NCBI GenBank assembly: GCA_963695345.1 | Contig: OY968769.1 | Span: forward strand, 2,432,001 to 2,496,000 | Reading direction: 5' to 3' | Length of the DNA: 64,000 bases | DNA from: an uncultured Methanomassiliicoccales archaeon | GTDB lineage: Archaea > Thermoplasmatota > Thermoplasmata > Methanomassiliicoccales > UBA472 | Translations under genes and position numbers: made by a program | The notes under the pieces: generated by a model | The model's database searches: none | The model's input: only the letters and a program-made list of their open reading frames with translations | What the model was told of the DNA's origin: nothing | In this document: positions 9,908 through 20,495 of the stretch, piece after piece | Numbering within the stretch: position 1 is the first letter of the stretch | Layout: the number at the start of each line of letters is the position of its first letter

Positions 9908-10075
9908 TCAGACCGGACCCTTGACCTCTGTGACAGCGGATTTGCGTCTCCCGTTCACGCAGCCCAGAACCTGTCCCCTCTTTCCGTATAGGATCTCTCT
10001 GGGCAATGGAGGCACTGGAATGACACATTTCCATCCATTTCGGAAGCAACATTCCACGCATTCGATGACTACCAT
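9908..10075 (-). CDS. Possible 55-aa Cys-rich small protein
   Basis: MVVIECVECCFRNGWKC...GCVNG has 5 Cys including CxxC, in an otherwise empty interval. Confidence 0.4.
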   Translation of the reverse strand: MVVIECVECCFRNGWKCVIPVPPLPREILYGKRGQVLGCVNGRRKSAVTEVKGPV

Positions 10076-10425
10076 GGAATAACGATAGTGTTTTGCCCCT
10101 AATCCCATTATCGCACATACCAACCAATTCAACGTATGAAATGAAACAGTTAGAAATTTACCAAATAGGAACATAGGTGGAACCCGAACTGCCATAAAAT
10201 AACGAATCGGGTTCGTAATTGAAAGAACCCCATTCTTACGGGTCTGATCCTTTGAGTGTGCTCATGACATTCCGGTCAAATGCTACATCAGCCCGATCTT
10301 GTTATCACGATGAATATCCTGGCAAATAGCCATATCTAGGTCTATTTCAATTCTTTCAAGAGGCCAGAATCATTTCTGCTCATCAAGGACCTTACAAGGG
10401 ACGGTATAAGGCAACACGGCACACC

Positions 10426-11373
10426 ATGCCGCAGCTGGCCCGGTTCCATCGCTCCTACATTTTGGTGGTCTTTATCGTCCTGATGGGAATATCTCTGACC
10501 GTGGTCCCGGCGAGCGCCACGGCATCGGACGGGTCAGATACCCCAGATGTGGTGTATGTCGGTATCTACGTTAAGGACTTCAATGAGTTCAGCGTGGCCG
10601 ATGGGACCATCAAGGCCAGCTTCTATTTGACTTTGAGATCAGATACCAATGTGTCGATGGATGATCTCGAGATCACCAACGGAATCGCAACTTCCGTCGA
10701 CACCATTGACAATCAGACCAATGTGAAGGAATATCGCCTCACGGCAGAACTGAATGTCGATCCCGATCTGCACCGGTTCCCATTCGACCGCCATGTCATC
10801 CAGATCGAAATAGAACCCAAGAATCGCGACCAGAGGGAGATGGTCCTGGTCATAGAACAATCGGAGATCGGGAGGGATGTTGAGGCAGATCTTCCCGGGT
10901 GGGAATTCACCGATATGGACGCATCCATCGCGAACAAGACCTACACTCATGACGATATCTCATATTCCCGGGCGGTTTTCGTCTACGGGATCTCCAGGGA
11001 CGTCACCTCGACAGTACTGAAGTTCTTCCTTCCGATCATGCTCATCATCATCGTGGCTCTCTCCTCTCTGATGATAAAGATATCGTCCCGGCTGGGGCTC
11101 AATGCATCGATGTTCCTGGCAGCCGTTCTCATCCATTGGCGGATAGCCGACTCCATCCCCCTGGTGGCCTATGCGACCTTCCTCGATATGTTCATGATCA
11201 TCACCTATGCCACCTTGGTCATGGTGCTGGTCTCGGGACTATTGATCCTCAGGTCCACTGAAGCAAAAGATGTGGATCAGGTTAAGAGAGTCAATCGATG
11301 GTCGATAAAGATCATCCCGACCATCTCGCTGACCCTGTACTTTCTGCTCTTCATTTCACTGCTGGCGCAGTGA
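10426..11373 (+). CDS. Prokaryotic pentameric ligand-gated ion channel (Pro-loop, GLIC/ELIC-like)
   Basis: Signal peptide; VYVGIYV; DLHRFPFDRH (FPFD loop); LPGWEF; R before M1 (KFFLP); M2 SRLGLNASMFLAA; M2-M3 loop IPLVAYATFLD; 4 TM helices. Confidence 0.88.
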   Translation: MPQLARFHRSYILVVFIVLMGISLTVVPASATASDGSDTPDVVYVGIYVKDFNEFSVADGTIKASFYLTLRSDTNVSMDDLEITNGIATSVDTIDNQTNVKEYRLTAELNVDPDLHRFPFDRHVIQIEIEPKNRDQREMVLVIEQSEIGRDVEADLPGWEFTDMDASIANKTYTHDDISYSRAVFVYGISRDVTSTVLKFFLPIMLIIIVALSSLMIKISSRLGLNASMFLAAVLIHWRIADSIPLVAYATFLDMFMIITYATLVMVLVSGLLILRSTEAKDVDQVKRVNRWSIKIIPTISLTLYFLLFISLLAQ

Positions 11374-11431
11374 CAGGGGATGGAAGGTCGGGAATGATGT
11401 CTGATTGAAAAGAAAAGGAAATGAAAGGAGT

Positions 11432-11794
11432 TCAGGCGTGCTGCTTGGCCATCTCCATATACGCCGCCAGGTCAATGTCGTAAGAGGCATCCTGAGTGGT
11501 GCCGTCGATCATCTCGATCTTGGCCCTGATGTTGTTTCTTTCAAAGACTATCTGGGCGTTCTTCACGTTCGACTTGTAAACGCTTATCCTCTTTCCCGCC
11601 TGCGTCAGCTTCCTTTCCGGGCTGAACATGAGGCCAGATTCCTCGAGTAGTTTGATCTTGCGGTAACAGACAGCAATTGGGATACCGAGCATCTTGCTCA
11701 GCTCATACACGTCCTTCGGCTTCCCCATGGTAGCCAGGAGTATCTTCCCACAGTGCTCTTCGGTAAATAGTCTTGACTTTTCTAAAGCGTGCAT
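11432..11794 (-). CDS. Winged-HTH (ArsR-like) transcriptional regulator
   Basis: KPKDVYELSKMLGIPIAVCYRKIKLLEESGL HTH followed by wing strands. Confidence 0.8.
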   Translation of the reverse strand: MHALEKSRLFTEEHCGKILLATMGKPKDVYELSKMLGIPIAVCYRKIKLLEESGLMFSPERKLTQAGKRISVYKSNVKNAQIVFERNNIRAKIEMIDGTTQDASYDIDLAAYMEMAKQHA

Positions 11795-12184
11795 CTTTAA
11801 ACCACCCTAAGCAAAGAACGCCGATTCAGAGTATATAAACCAAATCAGGCTGTTATCATTATTGATTTTAGTAAATAATCCCTACCCAGATTGATTTACA
11901 TTATGCCCCGTCAATCAAAATGTGAATATTATAGACGGTCTTTTTATGGAAAAATGGATGACAAGGATTGACAAGGTCATGGGAATCCGGGTAGCGCATT
12001 CCAGATAATCCCCTATCTGGGGAGGTCAAATCGAGCAAAGCGTGAACGAAACCAATGAACGATCCGCCGAGGAGCAAGAAGATCATCGTCAGGTTCCAGC
12101 ACCCGGGAGCGAGATCCTTGCTTTGCGGCTCCTCTGAGGTAATTCACAAACGTTTTATCTTACCATATTCCTCGCCTGTGCATC

Positions 12185-13357
12185 ATGTACCTGACCAGAG
12201 AGGAGGAGTCCATACTTGCCGGAGAACAGGGCAATGGCAGGCGCAGGGCTATGGAACTGTTGGTCGCGGTCGGAAAGATATACGGCGCGGACAAGCTCGT
12301 TCCAATAAAATCAGCGCATCTATCCGGCGTATCGTACAAGACGATAGGCGAGGGAGGTATCGATTTCCTCCAGGAGATGTCGCAGGACAGCAATGTCTCC
12401 GTCATCACCACCCTGAACCCATCTGGCATGGACAGCGAGCGCTGGAAGGAGATGCACGTCTCCGAAGAGTTCGCCCGCAAGCAATTGGAGATCATCGAGT
12501 GCTATGGAAAGCTGGGCGTCAAGACGACATGCAGCTGCACACCATATCTCTCCATCAATGCACCAGGCAAGGGTGACACCATCGCCTGGGCGGAATCCTC
12601 GGCCCTTTCCTATGCCAACTCTGTGCTGGGGGCGAGGACCAACCGGGAAGGAGGCCCCGGGGCTTTGGCTGCTTCCATAATCGGCAAGACCCCGCTCTAC
12701 GGGCTACATCTGGACGCCAACCGCGTTCCAACCGTGGTCATCGAGGCCGAGATGAAGGAGGACCTGCTGGACTATTCGCTGCTTGGTCATGCCATAGGCA
12801 CCAGGATAGGCGGTGCCGTGCCGTTCATCAGGGGAGTAAGGCCGGGCAGCGACAAGCTCAAGATGATGGCCGCCGCGATGGCCGCGTCCGGTTCGGTGGC
12901 GTTGTTCCATGTGGAAGGGATCACCCCCGACGCCGATAGACAGGCAACCAATGGACTAGAGGTCATCAAGATCGACGAGAAAGAGCTCAGATCGTTCAAG
13001 GACAAGGTCTCCAGCGGCAAGGATCCGGACCTGATCGCCCTCGGCTGCCCCCATCTCAGCGAGGATGAGGTAAGACACCTGGCTAACGTCGTTAAGGGGA
13101 AGAGGAAGGTCAAAGACACCGATGTCTGGTTCTGCACTTCCCGGGCGGTCAAGGCCCGTTGCCCCAATGAGACCAAGGAGCTGGAGAGGATAGGCAAAGT
13201 GGTCTGCGACACCTGCATGATAGTCACCCCGATCGAGGGCGTCTACCGATGCACCGCCACGAATTCCTGTAAAGCCTGCAGCTACCTGCCATCCTTGTGC
13301 TCCCAGAAGGTGGTCTGTGAATCGGCCGAAACACTGTTGGGTTCGGTGATGCAATGA
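12185..13357 (+). CDS. Aconitase X catalytic subunit (phosphomevalonate dehydratase large subunit)
   Basis: MYLTREEE start, SAHLSGVSY, TTLNP, CSCTPY, AWAESSA, GARTNREGG, ALGCPH, DTC. Confidence 0.9.
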   Translation: MYLTREEESILAGEQGNGRRRAMELLVAVGKIYGADKLVPIKSAHLSGVSYKTIGEGGIDFLQEMSQDSNVSVITTLNPSGMDSERWKEMHVSEEFARKQLEIIECYGKLGVKTTCSCTPYLSINAPGKGDTIAWAESSALSYANSVLGARTNREGGPGALAASIIGKTPLYGLHLDANRVPTVVIEAEMKEDLLDYSLLGHAIGTRIGGAVPFIRGVRPGSDKLKMMAAAMAASGSVALFHVEGITPDADRQATNGLEVIKIDEKELRSFKDKVSSGKDPDLIALGCPHLSEDEVRHLANVVKGKRKVKDTDVWFCTSRAVKARCPNETKELERIGKVVCDTCMIVTPIEGVYRCTATNSCKACSYLPSLCSQKVVCESAETLLGSVMQ

Positions 13358-14130
13358 AGGGACGCTCAATATCCGGCGGCGAAGGAGAAGGCAAGGCGGT
13401 CATCCTCAAGGACGCGTTCAGCTTCCTTGGGGGAGTAGATTCCAAGACCGGCGAGCTTTCGGTCGCGACGGGAAAGGCAGGCACTTCGATCAAGGACAAG
13501 GTATTCATCTTTCCCAAGGGAAGAGGTAGCACCGTGGGGTCCTACACCATCCTCGACATGAAGAAGCACGGGACCCAACCGGCGGCGATAATCAATGAGA
13601 AGGCGGAGACCATCGTCGCCACCGGTGCGGTGATGGCCGGCGTTCCCATGGTCGATTCGGTGAACATCTCGCTCTTCCGCGATGGGGACGAGGTCTTCGT
13701 CGATGGCAACACCGGGGCGGTAAGCATCGCCGGCGTAAAGGAGAGCGAGGTCACCACCAGCATCCTGCGTTGCAAGGACAGGATACTCATTCTCAAGCGC
13801 AGTGACAAAGTGGGGACGAACAAGGGCAAGTGGGCCGGGGTGAGCGGTCACATCGAGCCCGGGGAGAACGCTGAGCAGACAGCGCCGAGGGAGATCCGGG
13901 AGGAGCTCTCCATCGACAGATTCGTGCTGATCGCCCAGGCGGCCCCGATCACCATACGGGAAGCGGGGCACATCTGGACCATATATCCGTTCCTGTTCGA
14001 GACCGAGAACGAAAAGGTGACCACGGATTGGGAGCATACGGAGCACAAATGGGTGCTGCCGGAAGAGGTCAAGGACTATGATGTGGTCCCCGGTTTGCTC
14101 GATCTATTGCATGACCTCAAGTTGACCTGA
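13354..14130 (+). CDS. Aconitase X swivel subunit (PMDh small subunit) fused to a Nudix hydrolase
   Basis: N-terminal FSFLGGVD..G...FPKGRGSTVGS; C-terminal Nudix box GHIEPGENAEQTAPREIREEL. ATGA overlap with the upstream gene. Confidence 0.88.
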   Translation: MKGRSISGGEGEGKAVILKDAFSFLGGVDSKTGELSVATGKAGTSIKDKVFIFPKGRGSTVGSYTILDMKKHGTQPAAIINEKAETIVATGAVMAGVPMVDSVNISLFRDGDEVFVDGNTGAVSIAGVKESEVTTSILRCKDRILILKRSDKVGTNKGKWAGVSGHIEPGENAEQTAPREIREELSIDRFVLIAQAAPITIREAGHIWTIYPFLFETENEKVTTDWEHTEHKWVLPEEVKDYDVVPGLLDLLHDLKLT

Positions 14131-14351
14131 GAGATGTCGTTCTGATATCGACGTTCAGACACATCCACCAGTAGTGACCGAACAAGGACAATAAATTGAA
14201 AACCTGGGCTCCTTTGGTCCGCCAATCTTCTATCGGCGGTCTTCGTGTGCACTAGAACAAAGGTCGATCTATCAGAAGGGTCGAACATTCACTGTTGAAT
14301 TGATTTTAGAGAAAAGAGCTGGCGGTCGAACAACCGCCATAAGAAGGTTGG

Positions 14352-17300
14352 TTAGAGGGCGATGTCGACCTCTTTCTCCAGAAGGTTCAGCTCGTGCGGG
14401 TCCAGCGTTGACGGGTTCACCGCCATGATCAGTATGGAGCGGTTTATCGCCACCTGGTCCCTGAGCGACTGGATGAACCTGAGGACGGTCAGGAAATTGT
14501 TGTTGGTTATGAGATACTCCAGCCCGTCCAAGAGGATCACCCCCGAGTTGTTGGCCAGGAACTGTTCGAGCGAGTAGCTCAATTTCTCCAGGTCCTTCGG
14601 GCGCAGCGACTCTTCCTTCCCCACGTTCGACAGCCAAAGGATCTGAGTGTCGCCCAGATTGTACTTCGACTTGATCTTCAGGGGATAGTTCCGGGTAACG
14701 CAGAAGCCCTTGAGGTCCTGTGTCAACGCCTTCTCGAAGTAGGAATAGGCCCTTTCGGACTTGTCCTCCTTGATCAGATAGGCATACGAACGCTCCAGTT
14801 CACCCACCGGCTTCGGTTTGACCTTCTCCTCTTCCTCTTCCTCGACCAGGTCATCTCTGAACGCCGTTCCGCAGGCAGGGCATTTGAGCTCGTCGGGCTG
14901 CAGCTCGGCCCCGCAGGATTGGCATTTCACCACCGCTTGGAAACCTCTGCCCTGGGCATATACCAGTAACGCGTCGATGGTCCTGGCGCCGAGCCCGCTC
15001 ACCTTGGCCAGGTCTTCCTTCCCGGCGGCCGTGATCTTCTCGATGCTGTCGAACCCCGCGTCATAGAGCATTTCTGCCTTGAGCCTGTTCATGCGGGGAA
15101 CGCGGAGCAGGTAAGGCAGGAGCCTTTCCTTGGGCGTACCCTTGTTCGACCTCGGGTCGCAGGCGGCGCATCTGCCGTCAGCATCCAGGGCCCCGCCGCA
15201 GTTATCGCACTTCCGACCCTCATCCTTCCTTATGAGATGGTTGAAGATGCGCTTGGCATCGGACCGGGTGAACCCCTCCAAGTTGCCGAGCTTGTCCTCG
15301 CCCAGGTTCTTCAGGTCATCCATCGTGCAGAACCCTTTCTCGGCCAAGCAAATGGCCATCTTCTGGGTCAGTCCGGGTATGCCGGTCAGCTTGGTGATGG
15401 CCTCTTTTATGTGGGTCGAGGCGAGGGCAATCTCCATCTTGTGCCCCTCCACCTCCCAGGTCACGTTGTAGGTGCCGTTGGGGTCGTCGACGAAGTCCAG
15501 CTTCTTGGCCCTGGTCTCCGACATGATGTGCTCCTTCCAGATCTTGAAGTACTCGGTGATCTTGGCGGGGGCGGTCACCTCCACCTTGACGAACTCCTCG
15601 ACGTCCAGCTTCATGTCCTTTCGCATTTGCTGGATGCGTCGGATGATCTCCCTGGCGAAGCCCTCGGCCTCTATCTCCTGGGTTATCTCGAAGTCCAGGT
15701 AGACCTCGCCACCGCTGAACTTGGCCCCCACCACATCGTTCGGTAGGGACGAGGTGAACGAGACCATGTTGGGCTCGATCTTCACCAGCTGGCCTTCTAT
15801 GCCGAGCGAGTACTCGCCCTTGTCTATGCTGTCCTTGATCTGCCTCGCCGGCCTGGATTTGAGCAGCACCGCTATCTTCGAGGACCATTGCCGGTAGACC
15901 TTGCCTATGGCGTGGGGGTTCGGGATCACGTTAAGGATCGTCTCCTCCCATTCCTGGCCCGGTTTTATGTACTGTACCGCTTTGGTGTTGGACTGGGCAA
16001 GCAGTATGTCGTCCAGCGCCATGATGGAGTCCATGGCCTCCTGGGTCGAGGCCTTGATGATGATGCGCTTCATGGGCCAGCGCAGCTTGACGTTGCGTGC
16101 CTGGCGCTCCCTGGTGATGATCTCCACCAGTTCCGCGCATTCCTTCATGGAGGTCTCGAGACGCTCATCCACCTTGGTGAGGTCGGCCGTCGGCCACTCC
16201 AGCATGTGGACCGATCCCTTGGTCCCGTCCAGGTGCTGGTATATGTCCTCGGTGGCGTGGGGGCAGAACGGCGCCAGCAACAGGTTCGTGGCCATTACCG
16301 AATCGAACAGGACCTTGTATGCGGCCAGCTTGTCCAGGTCGCCCTCCTCCTTCCACATCCTGTCCCTGATCAGACGCACGTACCAGCGGGAAAGGTCGTC
16401 CAGGACGAACTCCTCGATGGCCCGGCAGGCCTTGTGCAGGTCGTAGGTGTTGATGTTGCGGGTGACCTCATGCTTGAGCTTCTCGGTCTTGGAGATCAGC
16501 CAGCGGTCCTCGGAGCGCAGATGGCCCTTCAGCCGGTCATAGTCCACCAGGGCCGGGTCGAACTTGTCGATGGCCATGTACTGGGTGGCGAAGTTGACCA
16601 CGTTCCAGAAGACGTTGAGCATCTTTCTGGCGTTCTTCACTCCCTCCGTCTGGAAGGCGATGTCCTCCCAGGGGGCGGACGACCGCAGCATGTAGAACCG
16701 GAGCGCGTCCGCGCCGTATTCAGCGATGACCTTGCTCGGCTCGATGACGTTGCCCTTGCTCTTGGACATCGGCTGTCCTGACGGGTCCAGCATCCAACCG
16801 TGCATGAGCACGCTCTCGTAAGGCGCCCGGCCGAAGGCTATGCATCCGGCCGCCAGCTGGGAATAGAACCAACCTCTGGTCTGGTCCTGGGCCTCGGTGA
16901 TCCAGCGTCCCGGCCACCAGCGGTCGAACTCCGTCCGCTTGCCCGGGAATCCCAGCTGCGCCCAGGAGGCCACCGCCGAATCGAACCATACGTCCAGGAC
17001 GTCCGGGACCCGCCTCATGGTCTTGCTGCAGCGGGGGCATTCGCAGGTCACCGAGTCGATCCATGGCCGGTGCAGCTCCATGTCCTTCCGGTAACCGTCC
17101 AGCTTTCTCCAGCTCGGCCACCGAGCCGACTACCTTGATCTCGCCGCAGGCGGCGCAGGTCCACACCGGGATCGGTATGCCCCAGTATCTCTGCCGGGAG
17201 ATGCACCAATCCCGGGCGTTGAGCACCCAGTCGTACATGCGGGAGGAACCGGCCCAGTCCGGGGTCCAGCGGATCCTTTCGACCTCCTCGAGCATCAGGT

Positions 17301-18575
17301 TCTTTATCGGCGGTCACTTTGAGGAACCACTGCTGCGTGTTCCGGAAAATGACCGGCGTGTTGCATCTCCAGCAGTGTCCGAAACGGTGCTCGATGATGC
17401 CGCTCCAGAACAGGACGTTCTTCTCCTTGAGGTCCTCGATGATCAATGGATTGGCCTTTTTGATATGCAATCCCCGATATTTCTCTCCGACATCGGAGTT
17501 GAACTTGCCGTTGGCGTCCACCGGGCAGAACGGATCGATGCCGAACTCCTTGCCCAGCTCGAAGTCCTCCGGACCGTGTCCGGGCGCGATATGCACCAGA
17601 CCGGTGTTCTCGGGCTTCCACGGTCTTGGAGGGGATGACCTTATGCACCCACTTTCCGTTGACCTCCCTCTGGAAGGGTACCTCGTCGGCGAACGGCGAT
17701 ACATATTCCGTCCCCACCAGGTCGTCCCCCTCGATCGTTTCCAGGATATCGTACTTCTCCCAGCCGCCGATCTCCCGGATCTTCTCCACCAGCTCCTTCA
17801 GGACTATTACCGTCTCGGTCTCCCCGATCCGGCGGTAGCGGACCTTGTCATACTTGAAATCAGGATGGGCGGCCACCGCCATGTTCGCCGGCAAGGTCCA
17901 TGGTGTGGTGGTCCATATGAGCAGGGATACCTTCTCATCGTTCCTCAGGGGGAACTTGACGTAGATCGAAGGGTCCTTCTCGTCCGAGTACTCGATCTCC
18001 GCCTCGGCCAGCGCCGTTTCGCAGCGGGGACATCCGGGCAGCACCCGGTTCGAAGTGACCAGAAGGCCCTTGTCATGGGCCCGCTTCAGCGTCCACCAGG
18101 CCGCCTCTATGTAGCTCGAGTTGATGGTGAGGTACGGGTTGTCCCAGTCCATCCAGACGCCCAGTTCGGAGAACTGCTCGTTCATCTTCTTCTGGAAGCC
18201 CAAGGCGAATTCCTTGCAGGTCCCGACGAAGCGGTCGATGCCGTATTCCTCGATCTCCTTCTTGTTCTTCACACCGATGGACTGCTCTACCTTGACCTCG
18301 ATGGGCAGACCGTGCATATCATATCCAGGGGTGTCGGTGACATTGAACCGCTGCATCCTCTTGAACCTGATGATGGTATCCTTGATGGTCTTGTTCCACG
18401 CCGTTCCCAGGTGGATGTATCCAGTGGTGTAGGGGGGACCATCGACGAAGTAATAGTCAGGACCGCTCGCCCGGAGCTCCTTCGTCTTCTTGTAGGCATC
18501 GGTCTTGGTCCAGAATTCCCGGACCGCTTTCTCTAGTTTAGCAGGATTGTAACTGGCTTGGACTTGCTTTATCAT
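14352..18575 (-). CDS. ileS: Isoleucine--tRNA ligase with a C-terminal HhH/zinc-ribbon/DUF835 extension (3 apparent sequencing frameshifts near 17620, 17310 and 17105)
   Basis: FVDGPPYTTGYIHLGT (HIGH-like), GYDMHGLPIE, WTTTPWTLPAN, TGLVHIAPGHG, DWCISRQRYWG, DVWFDS, DQTRGWF, PMSKS. Confidence 0.95.
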
Positions 18576-18770
18576 CGCCGTCCCTTCTGTCGCCCAGATG
18601 CCGCCAGACAATATAAACTACATGGTCCAGAAAGCTGTGCTTCGTAACATCGGCATTGAGGGGACCGCAATAAATTGGCCGGTCATCTTATTAAGGTTCC
18701 TTTCCCAGGAACGGAAAACGAAATCATATGTCCGGAACAACGCGTTTGCCGATCATTTCCGGGACCCGGC

Positions 18771-19796
18771 TCAGAACATGTCCAGGCTGGACTGGTTCTT
18801 GGTCTCCTTCTTGACCTTCTTGGGGATCATCTTGTCCAGGGCGGAATTCACCCTTTGTTCCGAGAAATCGTATTGGCCGACCAACATCTCCACCACCTTT
18901 GGCCGGTCCGGCTCCTTCCATTCGAGGGTGTAGTTGTCGGTCTTCTCGAAATCCAGGAACAATCCCTTGACCTTGTCGTACTCGGGAAAGACCTTGTCGA
19001 TCGACCCCATGGCTTTCTCGAAGTTGCCATGCTCCCTGACCAGCTTCAGCGCGCGCTTGGGACCGATACCGCTGACCCCAACGTTGTAATCGGTGCCCAT
19101 CATGATGCAGAGGTCGATCAGCTGTTCCCGGGTTATTTCCAGTTCCCTCAGGGCCAGGTCCGCTTCGATGATCTCCATCTTCACGTCCCGGTACTCGTTC
19201 CGCCCGGGCATCTTCCGCCGCCCTGCCAGTGTCAGGTTCCGCAGCAGCCTCGGGGCGCCGAACAGCAGCGAGTCGAAATCCTGGGAGGATGCCGCCCAGA
19301 CGATGCCCTTCTGTGCCATATAGGCGGCCTGCGCCTCCCCTTCCTCCGCCGCCTGGACGACCGGGATGCCGAGATGGGTCAACAATATCCGCGAGGATTC
19401 CACGATCTCGTTCGTGATACGCGATGATTGGGTGGCCTTGGAGAATGCCTTTTCCGTCTCTCCCTTCTCCATCGAGGTCTGCCAATCCTGCTGGGCCTTC
19501 ACCCGGCGTTCGTGCCGGTCCTGGATCGTTCCGCTCTTCATCTCCGAGGGGATGCCGTCGAAAACATAGGCGGGGCGAACCCCCATCTCGATGAGGTTCG
19601 CGTTCCTGTTGAGCAGGCCAGACAGATGTGAGGTGATCCTTCCCTTGCCGTCCTTCAGAGGTGTCCCGTCTGGTTGGCGTATCACCGACAGGAACTGGTA
19701 GATGGCGTTATAGGCGTCGATGGCCACGCTCTTGCCCTGCAGCTCCTCCGGAGTGACATCCCTTGCCTTGATGATGTCCGCCAGGTTCACGCCCAT
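18771..19796 (-). CDS. fen: Flap endonuclease 1
   Basis: MGV start, AIDAYN..YQFL, EGEAQAA, SQDFD, GTDYN, C-terminal PIP box QSSLDMF. Confidence 0.96.
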   Translation of the reverse strand: MGVNLADIIKARDVTPEELQGKSVAIDAYNAIYQFLSVIRQPDGTPLKDGKGRITSHLSGLLNRNANLIEMGVRPAYVFDGIPSEMKSGTIQDRHERRVKAQQDWQTSMEKGETEKAFSKATQSSRITNEIVESSRILLTHLGIPVVQAAEEGEAQAAYMAQKGIVWAASSQDFDSLLFGAPRLLRNLTLAGRRKMPGRNEYRDVKMEIIEADLALRELEITREQLIDLCIMMGTDYNVGVSGIGPKRALKLVREHGNFEKAMGSIDKVFPEYDKVKGLFLDFEKTDNYTLEWKEPDRPKVVEMLVGQYDFSEQRVNSALDKMIPKKVKKETKNQSSLDMF

Positions 19797-20001
19797 TCCG
19801 TGCCGCCTCCTTTAGCCGTCAATCCTGAGCCCTGCCCTCTGAATCATCCACTGGAATTATAACCATTTCGTGGAACGGTTCTTTGATGATATCGGGGTTC
19901 TTGACATCCTCTGACCCTAAATCCAGCCAGCATTGACCCGGCCATGAAAATCCGGCTATGATGCAAACAATTATTATCCGACCCTTACCTAGTTTATCGC
20001 C

Positions 20002-20214
20002 ATGGAGTACTCGGGAGGTTCCAAGGAGAAGAAACCGGTGGAGGAAGGACACACATACACCGTAACGATTTCTGACATCGGGTCCCAGGGTGATGGAGTT
20101 GGGAAGATCGAGGGGTTTGTCATCATTGTGCCGGACACGAAGATCGGCGAAACGGTCCAGGTCCGCATCAACCGGGTCAGCAAGAAGGTGGCCTTCGGCA
20201 CGTTGGTGAAATGA
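20002..20214 (+). CDS. Stand-alone TRAM-domain RNA-binding protein
   Basis: KPVEEG..Y.V.I.DIG.QGDGVGKIEGFVIIVP pattern. Confidence 0.9.
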   Translation: MEYSGGSKEKKPVEEGHTYTVTISDIGSQGDGVGKIEGFVIIVPDTKIGETVQVRINRVSKKVAFGTLVK

Positions 20215-20397
20215 TCATTCCTTGAACTGGGGCATGTACAGCAAGACCATCGCGATCCCGATCCATACCAGGATGGCCATGAATACGCAGATCCCCGCAT
20301 TGAAGGCCATCGCCAATACCAGAAGAATCAGGGGTAGGACTACTGTAAGCAGTATCAGCTGGTGTCTCTTCGTGAATTCCATGAGGCCACTCAGCAC
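20215..20397 (-). CDS. Small 2-TM membrane protein
   Basis: Two hydrophobic helices in about 55-60 aa. Confidence 0.55.
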   Translation of the reverse strand: MLSGLMEFTKRHQLILLTVVLPLILLVLAMAFNAGICVFMAILVWIGIAMVLLYMPQFKE

Positions 20398-20495
20398 GGA
20401 ATGAGAGGGGGCATTTATTTACCTTTCCCCTTCAAAATGATTCCAGATGCGCTCCCGGCCGATTTCAACCGATGCGTTCTGGCGGAAACCGGGGT

